From IMG/VR virus record IMGVR_UViG_3300024517_000002: 46,082 nt of DNA. One strand, 5' to 3'. This document shows, in pieces, positions 8,328 through 17,600 of this stretch. Both the position numbers and the translations under genes were made by a program. How positions within the stretch are numbered: position 1 is the stretch's first letter; each line of letters starts with the position of its first letter. Below the pieces are notes generated by a model. The model did not search any database. It was not told the origin of the DNA and saw only the letters and a list, made by a program, of their open reading frames with translations. Origin of the DNA: a virus.

Positions 8328-11300
8328 GCGCCCCACCATCCCCTTGGTCTTCCCCTTCGGGGGTAGGTCGGACAGCGCGGCGTTCAGCGAACAGCCGAGC
8401 TTGACGACCCGTGAGGCGGAGAACGTACGCGCCAAGGATCCGAAGTCGGGGCGCATGCGCGGGGCTCAGCGGAGCGGGATGACGGAGCTTGTCGCTCCCA
8501 CCTCCACGAAGATCCGGGAGATGTGCAGCTTCTCCTACGTGGAGAACGAGGGGGTGGATTACGCGCGCCGCTCGACGGTGCTCGACGGGTGGGGCGTGGA
8601 CGTGGGCAAGGAGCCTGCACACGTGGACGTGGACCGGCAGGGAAACGTGTTCTACCTGTTCGAGCCAAACTTGCTCGTGAAGTACAACCCCACCGGGACC
8701 AGGCTGGCGGACCTCAAGCTGCCCACCGAGAAGGGGCAAGTCTGCCGCGCCCTGTTCGTGGACCCGGTGCTGGACTGCATCTTCGTTGGCGTGAGCGCGG
8801 GTGATGATCACGAAGCGGCGAAGTTCTGGGCCGTACAGACCACGGATGACGGTGTGCTCAAGATCGCGCACGCCACGACTCCGGGGTTCTATGTTGAGGA
8901 GCTGCGCGTCTCCGGGGACAAGCTGTACGCCGCGTGCAACAACCCGATCACAGCGGGGGCATTCGTCAACGTGTACGATGGTCTCACCTTCAACGCGCGG
9001 CCTGAGCTGACACAGCAGATTGAGGTGTCGTATCCGATTCACGGGATCGACATCAACGACGATGGCGACGTGTTTGTAGCTTCAGGTACGGACGAGACGC
9101 ACGTCGGGGATGGTTTCGAAGAGGTGGATACCGCGGCGGTTACTTCAGGAGCAGGTGGCACGGGCTACGTCGTGGGCGAAGTGCTGACGGTTGCTGAGGG
9201 TTCCCTTACTCCGCACAGCGGCACGGCTCACGCCACGATCACGGTAGCCACTGAGGCAGGCGGAGTCGTGCAGACGGTGACGGTCACTACGCGCGGGAGC
9301 TATGACCCGAGGGGTGCCCTGGGCCTGCCGACCAACCCGGTCACAACCACCGCGTCCGCTGCCGGCACAGGCTGCACGCTAGACCTCACGCTGCGGCGCG
9401 GCGAGGGCAACCTAGACGTAAAACTCCACCGAGGGGTTCCGTCCGCTTCTCCTGAGTTGCGCACGCGGATGGAGGACTGGACGCCGATGGACCTGGACGA
9501 CGCCGAGAATCGTATCTGGTTCTGGTGGCGCGCTCGGGACATCACGGCGGCAGACACCGTGGGAGGTGTGCTCGAGGACGGTGCTGAGGTGGAGATCATG
9601 CGCGACAAGTCGGGACATAACCGGCATATGGTTCGCGCTACGCCTCCAGGCCAATCCGACCCTACCGGCGCCTACTACAACCTGACGGGCGGGCGCCCTT
9701 CTTTGCAGTTCCTCGGAATCAACGGCTATCAGAGCGCGGTCAACTACACAATTTCGAATCCGGCGGGCGGCACGCAGAAGACTATGTTGCCGGCTTACCG
9801 CGGGGTAGACGCTCCGGCAACCACGGGCGGACTGTACTGCATGTTCATGCTCTTCCGTATCTCGGGAGACCCGAAAGACGCGGACACGCCGACGAGCGAC
9901 GTGGGCGCAATTATGCACCAGCCCAGTTCGGGCGGTCCGGGGACGCTAGGGCATTCGCTCTTTGTGAACAGGGACGATAACGCGACTCAGGATGCTACGT
10001 CGGGCTTCTTGGCGGGATATGTCTCCTACTACGCTCGCACGGACGCGACGGATGACGGCGCGGGTGGTATCCGATACATGATCGGATCGAACGCCCAAGC
10101 TCTCTCTGAGGGCACGGATCTGTGCTTGGTAACTGTTCTCTGGGATGGCGGCGTGAATGCGGCCACGCTTGCGAACGACATCACCAAGTCACTATTTCGG
10201 GTGAACGGCAAGCCTCAGGATAGAGTCACAGGGGAGAGCTTCCTTACCTATGGCGGCCCGGCGGCTACCGAGGGAACCACGATCGGGTTCAGCCCTCGCA
10301 CGGCTGCGGTGGGGAACAACTACGTGGGCGAACTGTTGGAGATCCTCGTGTTGGATCGCCGCGAGCGCGGCATGTCTGAGCTTCTCGATGACGGGTCCAA
10401 TCTGATCCTCAGCCACCATAAGATGGGCACGGGGGAGCTTCACGACGAAGTTACCGGCCCGCAGTCTGCTAACGAGATGACGCAGATTGAGGGGTACATG
10501 ATGCACGCTGAGGGCGCGGGGCACCTCCTTGATAAAGAGGCGGACACGGGAGATGCGGCCGACCATCCCTATGGCCTAAAGGGAGGTACAGCTTTCGGTG
10601 GGCTCAACGACATCGTTATGGGCCCACCCACGTCAGGTAGCAACAGTCCACTTGCTGCGGCGGCGCTCAACCTGCCTCAGGTGGCGAAGTACAACGCCGC
10701 CGGCGAGCTGGTCTACGTGATCAACCAAGAAACAAGCGTCAATGATGGCGGCATCGGGTACGCGGTTCGCGTCAAGGATGGAGCGATCATCACCGTAGGT
10801 CCACAGCCGGACGAGATTATCGAGCCGCCTGGGACGGAGCTGGTATTCGCGCGCAAGTTTGTGGACGAGGGTGATTCGTTCACGGCTACTGGCGGGTGGA
10901 GTCGATCCTCCATTACGGGCACGCTGACGTTCTTCTCAAAGTATCCGCGCATCGACATCGATAAGTTCGGTACCGCCTACATTGTATGGCCCACAAGCGA
11001 GACGCAGGGGTACTTCGGAATCATCGATGACAGTGGATCCGACCTGATCGCTGTGCCTTCGTTGGAGAACCGTACGCCGCGTGTAGTGCATCACGATCCG
11101 CGCATCCCGGAGTATGGGGGCGACGTGATCGACTGCGCGCGGTTCGCCTACTTCGGCTTCTCCCAGAACTCCGCGTCCCCCACCGAGGAGGAGATCACGC
11201 GGCGGGAGCTCGTCGATGTGACGATTACGGCTCAGGTGCAGAGCAGGCTGCAGAGCCTGTATGTGCAGGGCACGGACCTGCGCTCGTTTACCCCTGGCGG

Positions 11301-12552
11301 GTCCACGTCGCTCATAGCGGCCGGCGTGTTCAACGCGGCGGGGACGGTGGTCTGCGTGCCGTTGCTGAACGAGGTGCTGTTCATCGACGGATCTACGTAT
11401 CAGGTCTACAACGGACCCGATGCCGCGGTCTCCGTGCTGGAAAGCACGTCCGCCGGTGATGTTCCGCTCAACGCCAAGTTCGGCGTCTTCTGGCACTCGC
11501 GGCTGCTACTCGCCGGGTTCCCTGACGTGGGGGCGAAGCTGGTCGGCAGCGCGATTGGGGACGTACGCAATTGGGACGCGTTCCCCTCTCGAGAGGAGCT
11601 CGGGTCGGCTTTCCTGCTGAGCCTCAACGAGGTTGACGAGGCTCCGCCTGACGTGATCACGGGGCTTATCGATGCGCGGGACGACCTGCTCATCGTGGGT
11701 GGAACCCGGACGATAACGCGGCTGACGGGTGACCCGAGGGCGGGCGGCTCGTTCCACAACCTCTCGACGGAGATCGGGATGGCGTGGGGTCAGGCGTGGT
11801 GCAAGGACCGGCAGAACCGCATCTACTTCTTCGGGGTAAACCCGCCGGGGCTGTATGGCGTGGGTGAGAGCGGCGGCATTATCCCGCTGACGGACCGCAC
11901 CCTGGAAGACACCGAGTTCCAGGACATCGACTTCTCCACCTCTCACATACGCCTCTTCTGGAACCCCCGCGATGATGGAATCCACATCTTCCAGTTCCCC
12001 TTCGGATCCGGCGGAAGCGCCCGCAAGGCCTGGTTCTGGGAGTACAGAACCCATGACCTCGTACAGCGGCCTCCCATCTGGACAGATACTTTTGGATTGC
12101 CCGCGGTGCAACCAACAGCCGCTTGCGTCCTTGCCGGAATAGTCGCTGACGAGAGACGGCTCGTGCTTGGTTGCGAAGACGGAGGTCTGCGCGTGTGGGA
12201 TGCGGACGCAGGTTCGGATGACATTACAGCCATAGACTCGGACGTGCTCTTCCCCCCGGTGATCACTCAATCGGCGGGGCAGACGATCGCCGTGCGCGGG
12301 CTGAAGCTGTTCATGGGCGCGAACTCAAACGCAGCCCAGGTCAGGTATCACGCCTCCGCGGTGGCGGATGCTGTCGGGGAACAGGTTCAGGAGTTCGAGG
12401 TGGGCCCCGGCGAGAACCAGACGTTCCGCCGAAGGGTCCGCGGAAACAACGTGCTCGTTCGCCTGAAGAACGCCAAGCTCGGCGAGTCCTGGTCCTATGA
12501 GAACGGACACCTCGTGCTTCGCAGGCCTAGAAAACAGAGGGCTAGAAGGTAA
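8320..12552 (+). CDS. Large virion or tail structural protein (1410 aa)
   Basis: Track ORF that overlaps the upstream gene by 8 nt. Composition is beta-rich. Confidence 0.7.
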   Translation: MPKRPTIPLVFPFGGRSDSAAFSEQPSLTTREAENVRAKDPKSGRMRGAQRSGMTELVAPTSTKIREMCSFSYVENEGVDYARRSTVLDGWGVDVGKEPAHVDVDRQGNVFYLFEPNLLVKYNPTGTRLADLKLPTEKGQVCRALFVDPVLDCIFVGVSAGDDHEAAKFWAVQTTDDGVLKIAHATTPGFYVEELRVSGDKLYAACNNPITAGAFVNVYDGLTFNARPELTQQIEVSYPIHGIDINDDGDVFVASGTDETHVGDGFEEVDTAAVTSGAGGTGYVVGEVLTVAEGSLTPHSGTAHATITVATEAGGVVQTVTVTTRGSYDPRGALGLPTNPVTTTASAAGTGCTLDLTLRRGEGNLDVKLHRGVPSASPELRTRMEDWTPMDLDDAENRIWFWWRARDITAADTVGGVLEDGAEVEIMRDKSGHNRHMVRATPPGQSDPTGAYYNLTGGRPSLQFLGINGYQSAVNYTISNPAGGTQKTMLPAYRGVDAPATTGGLYCMFMLFRISGDPKDADTPTSDVGAIMHQPSSGGPGTLGHSLFVNRDDNATQDATSGFLAGYVSYYARTDATDDGAGGIRYMIGSNAQALSEGTDLCLVTVLWDGGVNAATLANDITKSLFRVNGKPQDRVTGESFLTYGGPAATEGTTIGFSPRTAAVGNNYVGELLEILVLDRRERGMSELLDDGSNLILSHHKMGTGELHDEVTGPQSANEMTQIEGYMMHAEGAGHLLDKEADTGDAADHPYGLKGGTAFGGLNDIVMGPPTSGSNSPLAAAALNLPQVAKYNAAGELVYVINQETSVNDGGIGYAVRVKDGAIITVGPQPDEIIEPPGTELVFARKFVDEGDSFTATGGWSRSSITGTLTFFSKYPRIDIDKFGTAYIVWPTSETQGYFGIIDDSGSDLIAVPSLENRTPRVVHHDPRIPEYGGDVIDCARFAYFGFSQNSASPTEEEITRRELVDVTITAQVQSRLQSLYVQGTDLRSFTPGGSTSLIAAGVFNAAGTVVCVPLLNEVLFIDGSTYQVYNGPDAAVSVLESTSAGDVPLNAKFGVFWHSRLLLAGFPDVGAKLVGSAIGDVRNWDAFPSREELGSAFLLSLNEVDEAPPDVITGLIDARDDLLIVGGTRTITRLTGDPRAGGSFHNLSTEIGMAWGQAWCKDRQNRIYFFGVNPPGLYGVGESGGIIPLTDRTLEDTEFQDIDFSTSHIRLFWNPRDDGIHIFQFPFGSGGSARKAWFWEYRTHDLVQRPPIWTDTFGLPAVQPTAACVLAGIVADERRLVLGCEDGGLRVWDADAGSDDITAIDSDVLFPPVITQSAGQTIAVRGLKLFMGANSNAAQVRYHASAVADAVGEQVQEFEVGPGENQTFRRRVRGNNVLVRLKNAKLGESWSYENGHLVLRRPRKQRARR

Positions 12553-12806
12553 TGGGACTCCGTAGAAACAGATCCAGGAACACCGCTCAGGGTATCTCTC
12601 CGTCGCTTGTTGCCTCGGGAGGTGACCCCCGGGGGCGCACCGTCCTGCAGCGCCGAACGACCGACAGGGATGTGGATGGGAAGACCCTGGAGCTAAAGAA
12701 CGGGAGGCTCCGTATCATGGCGGCGGACGATATCGCCGAACCCACCGCCGACGTGGCGAGTCTCCAGGCAACCGTTTGCGCCCTCTTACGGGCACTGAAG
12801 GGATAG
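12552..12806 (+). CDS. Hypothetical protein (84 aa)
   Basis: Track ORF. Start overlaps the upstream stop (TAATG). Confidence 0.5.
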   Translation: MGLRRNRSRNTAQGISPSLVASGGDPRGRTVLQRRTTDRDVDGKTLELKNGRLRIMAADDIAEPTADVASLQATVCALLRALKG

Positions 12807-12810
12807 CACC

Positions 12811-13395
12811 ATGGTCTACGCAGCACTCATCGGGGCAGGCGTCAACGCCTTCCAGTCGATCCGCGCAAGGGACGAGAAGAAGAAGCTCCAGCGCGATGGT
12901 GAGCGCCTCGTTCAGCAGCAGCTGGGCCAGGAAAGCCTGTTCGCGTCCCAGCAGCGCCAGGCCCTGCAGGCGGGCATCGACGCCCAGGACAAGGGCTTCG
13001 CTAACGCGGGGATCGCCACGGCCAACATCGGGCGCTCCGCCAAGCGGCGCACGCTGGACCGTCAGGTCGAGGCTCAGTCTCGCGCAAGCCAGCAGCTGGC
13101 GAGCTCGGGCTTGCTGAACTCGTCGGTGCAGGCGAACCTCGATCAGGGCATCTCTGGAGCTACGGACCGCAGGCTCGCGGAGATCGACAACGGGCTTGCC
13201 GGCATCTTCTCGAATCTTGCGGTGCAGCGCGCCGGGGCGAAGTTCCAGGGGCAGCAAGCCTTGGCGAGCTTCCTCGGACAGCGCCAGGCACGCCGCGCCG
13301 GCATCGCGGACACTCGCTTCGACCTACTGAACACGCAGGTGGACGCCCCGCTAGTTGACGTGGGCGGGCTCGCTGCATCCTTTGGGGTTACCTAG
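12811..13395 (+). CDS. Internal virion protein (putative, 194 aa)
   Basis: Gln/Ala-rich and helical. It is the first of three consecutive genes that resemble a podovirus internal-core gene trio. Confidence 0.5.
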   Translation: MVYAALIGAGVNAFQSIRARDEKKKLQRDGERLVQQQLGQESLFASQQRQALQAGIDAQDKGFANAGIATANIGRSAKRRTLDRQVEAQSRASQQLASSGLLNSSVQANLDQGISGATDRRLAEIDNGLAGIFSNLAVQRAGAKFQGQQALASFLGQRQARRAGIADTRFDLLNTQVDAPLVDVGGLAASFGVT

Positions 13396-13398
13396 CCC

Positions 13399-14643
13399 AT
13401 GGCACGTACATTCCGAGTTCAGGTAAACGACCCCCTGGTTCAAGGGCTTGCCGGGGCTTCTCAGAGCGCGTCCACGGCTATCAAGCTGCGCTCGCAGATG
13501 CTCGCCGACGAGCGCGCGGAGCGAGACCAGGACCGCCGAGACAAGGCTCTCGACTTCGAGATTGCCCAGAAGCGCCGAGACTTCGACCGCAAGAAAAAGG
13601 CGCAGCAGGCCGAGCTCCAGCTGTCCACCCAGACCATCGACCGCATCGGTTCCAGGATTCCCGAGAACGAGAGCCTGGGGGCTGGCGTGGAAGGTCCGCT
13701 TCCGGAGGACGAGGATCGGGCAAACCAGCGCCGGGATAAGCTGCGCCAGGACATGGCGAACTTCGAGGAATTCGCCGGAACCCTGTCAGGGGCTACCCGT
13801 GAGCGCGAGTTCAAGCGGTTCGCCGCCGAGCAGAAGTCCCTGGCCATCGAGGACGGAAACATGGACGTTTCCAACCGGCTACGGGATGCCGTGGACGATG
13901 GCCTGTTTGAGAAGGACCCCGAGGTCGTCGAGGAGATGGCCGCAATGCTCGAGGAGGCTCAAGCGAAGGGCGTCATTGCGGGCGGCGTTGACGAGCACCT
14001 GCAGAAGCGCAGGAAGATCAGGACTGAGGAGACCGTGCTCCTCGGCCAGTGGGGTAAGGGCATTGAGAAGGCCAAGGCGGTGCTTGCCCTGGTTGACGAC
14101 AAGGACGTGCGCTCCGCTATCGAGAACGAGCTCGCCTCCGTCGAAAGCCTGTCCGTGCAGAGGAACAGGGACCCCGAGGCGTTCATGAGGAAGATCCGGA
14201 AAATGGTTCTCGATGACGAGGACGCGAAAAAGGAGGCATTCCGTGGCACGCAGTTCGACACGATCACCGGCGAAGAAGAAGCCGAGCGCAAAAAAGATTT
14301 CGTCCAACCGGGCGAAGGCGAAGAAGGCATCTCCTTCACGGATCAAGTCAGGGACCGGGCGGACCGCGAAGCGCGGGGGGTACTAGACTCCCGCTCGTTC
14401 GCCGACATTGCCGTGGTCAAGCGTAAGAAGCTCACGCGAGAGATCGAGGAGCTCCTCTCCGGTAAGCGCAAACACACCAAACCCGGGGTCTTCGGCGTCC
14501 CGGTGCCGGTCACGATGAAGCCCACGCGGGAAAACCTGCAGGCTCTATTTGCTGACGCCGGCGTAGACCCTCAATCGATTCCCCCAGAGATCCGCCGCAA
14601 GCTCATCCGCGCGATCAAGTTCGGCGGCTCAAAGGAAAACTAG
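13399..14643 (+). CDS. Internal virion protein (putative, 414 aa, highly charged coiled coil)
   Basis: Track ORF. Composition is rich in charged helical residues. Confidence 0.55.
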   Translation: MARTFRVQVNDPLVQGLAGASQSASTAIKLRSQMLADERAERDQDRRDKALDFEIAQKRRDFDRKKKAQQAELQLSTQTIDRIGSRIPENESLGAGVEGPLPEDEDRANQRRDKLRQDMANFEEFAGTLSGATREREFKRFAAEQKSLAIEDGNMDVSNRLRDAVDDGLFEKDPEVVEEMAAMLEEAQAKGVIAGGVDEHLQKRRKIRTEETVLLGQWGKGIEKAKAVLALVDDKDVRSAIENELASVESLSVQRNRDPEAFMRKIRKMVLDDEDAKKEAFRGTQFDTITGEEEAERKKDFVQPGEGEEGISFTDQVRDRADREARGVLDSRSFADIAVVKRKKLTREIEELLSGKRKHTKPGVFGVPVPVTMKPTRENLQALFADAGVDPQSIPPEIRRKLIRAIKFGGSKEN

Positions 14644-17600
14644 ATGCTCCAGGAAACGACGCCCGACATTTTCGACGAACTTCTGGGCGCCGTGCAGGAG
14701 CGCCCGGATACGAACGAGGAGGCTGTAGTCCGCGGCCTCTCCAACGCAATTGGAGCTGCCGGCTCGTTCCCTGCTGGGGCCATCGAGTTCCTCGGCATCG
14801 TTGAGGACAAAGTGGGCGACGGCCTTCGAGCCTTCTCCGAACAGGCTGACGCCCTGAGCTTCCTCGACCCCCTCGGCGAGGACCTCCAGGCCCGCGGCGA
14901 GGCTCTGCGCACGGCCGGCCAGGTCATGAGCAAGGCTGCCGTCGAGCTCATCGATCAGCCCGAGTCCAAAGCCCGCGGCGGCCTTGCCGGCTTCCTCTCC
15001 CAGGACTTCGCCTCGGCTGGGGGGTCGCTTATCCCTCTGCTGGCCTTCGGCGGAGCCCCCGCCCTGGGGATGCTCATGAGCGGCGCCGCCATGGGCGCTC
15101 AGGAGTACGCCGAGCAAGAGACCCGGGACCCTGACGACGAGCTGAAGATGTGGGGGGCCCTACTGGGCGGTCTGGGGCTGGGCGCTACCGAGTGGCTCCC
15201 TGTCTCGAGAATGCTGACGAGGATCAACGCCCGCTCCGGAGGCCAACTGAAGCGCATCATGGTGGACCGGCTGATCGACGGCGGCGAGGAGGCGGCTCAG
15301 GAGATGTTCCAGACGTTCGGCTCGAACGCTATCGCCAAGTTCATCGGCGAGGAGGACCGCGACCTATCCGAGGGCGTTCTCCGCGCAGGGACCGCCGGCG
15401 GAGCCGTGGCCGTCCTTACAGGGATCGCCGGCTCAGGCATCAACACCTCCCTGGGGAGCACCGCAGGCCGATCCACAGACACCGACTTCGGTTCCGTCGG
15501 CACCTCTGTTCCCGGCGACCTCCCCCCGGGGTTCCAGGAGGTGAAGGACCCCAGCTCCATCGACAGCGCCCCCATTGGCTCTCTCCCGAGACTTCAGACA
15601 TCCGGCGGAGATGTCCGTCGTGGCAAGGACGCGGCTCCTGGAGAGCCGGAGGTGCCCGCTATCCAGTACATCGATGGGGGGATCACCATCGAGCAGAGCG
15701 AGGGCGAGGTGCAGTTCATCCCGCCGATGGAGATCGTGCAGCGCGCCACGGCTCAGGGGCTCGTGACCCCCGAGGAGGGCCGCGCGATGGCCGAGGCGAT
15801 CAATGAGGCGAGCCCGACCGAGGCGCCTCCGAGCGTCGTCGTGGACGAGAACGGGAAGCCGTCGCTCACTAATAAGCCCCCTGTAGCCCCCGGGGCCATC
15901 GAGGATCCGAAGACCTTCCAAAAGCAGATGTTTGCCTCTCTCGAGGGGCTCCGAAAGCTCGGGTTCATCCGCCTAGCGAAGAAGGGCAAGTTCACCGACG
16001 TAGACACAACGGACCCCGAAAGCCTTCCCGATAGTGGGAAGCGAGCGGCTCCGAGGGAGATCGAAGAGGGCCCCGAGGCTCTGAAGGCGCGGGTGCTGAA
16101 CACGGGGGACGCGCCGGCCTTCATGTTCGACACGTCTTCCAACCCCTTCCCCGAGGTGGAGCCGGACATCTCCGACGGGACGGAGCTCTCTCCACCTCGC
16201 CCCGACCCGCTGGCGTCAATTCGCGGGCTTCTTCCCCAGAAACCCTCCGAGGAGGGTAGGGTAGAAGAAGCAGCGGGCGAAAGTGATGGAGACCCCGCTG
16301 TTTTGACCGCCGCGGCCCCTGCAGAGGAGGCGGCTGGTCAGGAGACGGGCGCGCCGGGGGGTGAACCCGTCTCCACCTCCACCTCTCTTGACGAGGCCGC
16401 CGAAAGCGACGAGCGCAAGAAAGCCCGCGAAACCGCGCGCCGAACCAGGGACACCGCGCGCAAGGGCGGATTCGTCGTGCCCCCGAGAAAGAAGAAGGCC
16501 CCCAAGGAGGCGAAGCGCGTCAAGCAGGCCAGGAAGGCGCTGGCTCTCTTCCAGGGGTCAACCGCCAAGGAGCTGGAGAGCAACACGGATGAGGGCCCCC
16601 GTGGCCAGGTCATCCGTGGACTCCTCGACGAGCACGGCAGCCGCGAGGAGGTGATCAAGGCCCTCGAGGGGGAGGTCACCGCGGCGGCTACGGTCGAGCC
16701 CGTTGCGGCGCCTGAGCCTGCCGCCGAACCCGAGCCGGCCCTTCCCGCCGCTACGGTCCCCCCCGGTAGGGCTCAGCGCATAGACACCACGCCGCCCGTC
16801 CTGCCGACCATCACCGCCGACACGACCAGCGAGGCTAAGGTGGAGAACCTCTCGCAGGCCGACATCGACGAGGACTTCCTCGCCAAAGCTGCCGAGGCTG
16901 GAAAGAAGGGGGACCCCGAGGATGAGATCCAGGTGCTGGGAGCCGGCATCATGCCCCTCATCAAGCTCCCCGGTATCGAGGCCGTGAGGCGCTTCTACCG
17001 CAAGAATCTCCGCCCCAGGGGTGACCGCCCGGAGTCGCTCGACAAGATCAAGCGCCGCTCCGAGAACTGGTACACGGGGCAGATGGAGCAGGTTCAGATC
17101 ACGAACCAGACGTTCGAGCGGGAGATGAAAAAGGAGTTCGGCTCGAACGCCAAGGACGCCGACGTGGCCTCACTTATCGACGACGCCCTGAAGGATCCCC
17201 TCAAGCGCGGCTCGATCAAGAACAAGAACATCCGCGGGCTTCTGCAGAAGATGCGGGACCACATCGACCTCCTGAGCCGAACGGCGGTGAGGGATGGCGT
17301 GGTCGAAGGGCCCATGGCTCTGCGCTTCTCGGAGAACCAGGGCTTCTACGTAACCCGGTCCTTCCGAGTCCACTCCGACCCGAAGCACCTCGACAACCTC
17401 GACCCGAGGATCCGCAACAACTTCAAAGCCTTCCTGCGCTCGGAGTACATCTCGAACCGCCGAGCCGAGGAGATCCAAAAGAAGTTCTCCGATGCTGCCG
17501 AGCGTTCCGTGGGGCGTCAGCTGAAGGCCAGCGAGCAGCGCCGGAAGCGCCTTGAGCAGTTCTCCAAGGGGGAGCTAAAGCAGATCGTCAAGCGCGAGAA

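Noticed and set aside
16750-16763. The 13-nt string ctacggtcccccc inside the 1881-aa gene, identical to the portal promoter/start region (44710-44722).
   Set aside because: It is not followed by a start codon and it lies in frame within a long gene. Several chance 13-mer repeats are expected in 46 kb of biased composition.
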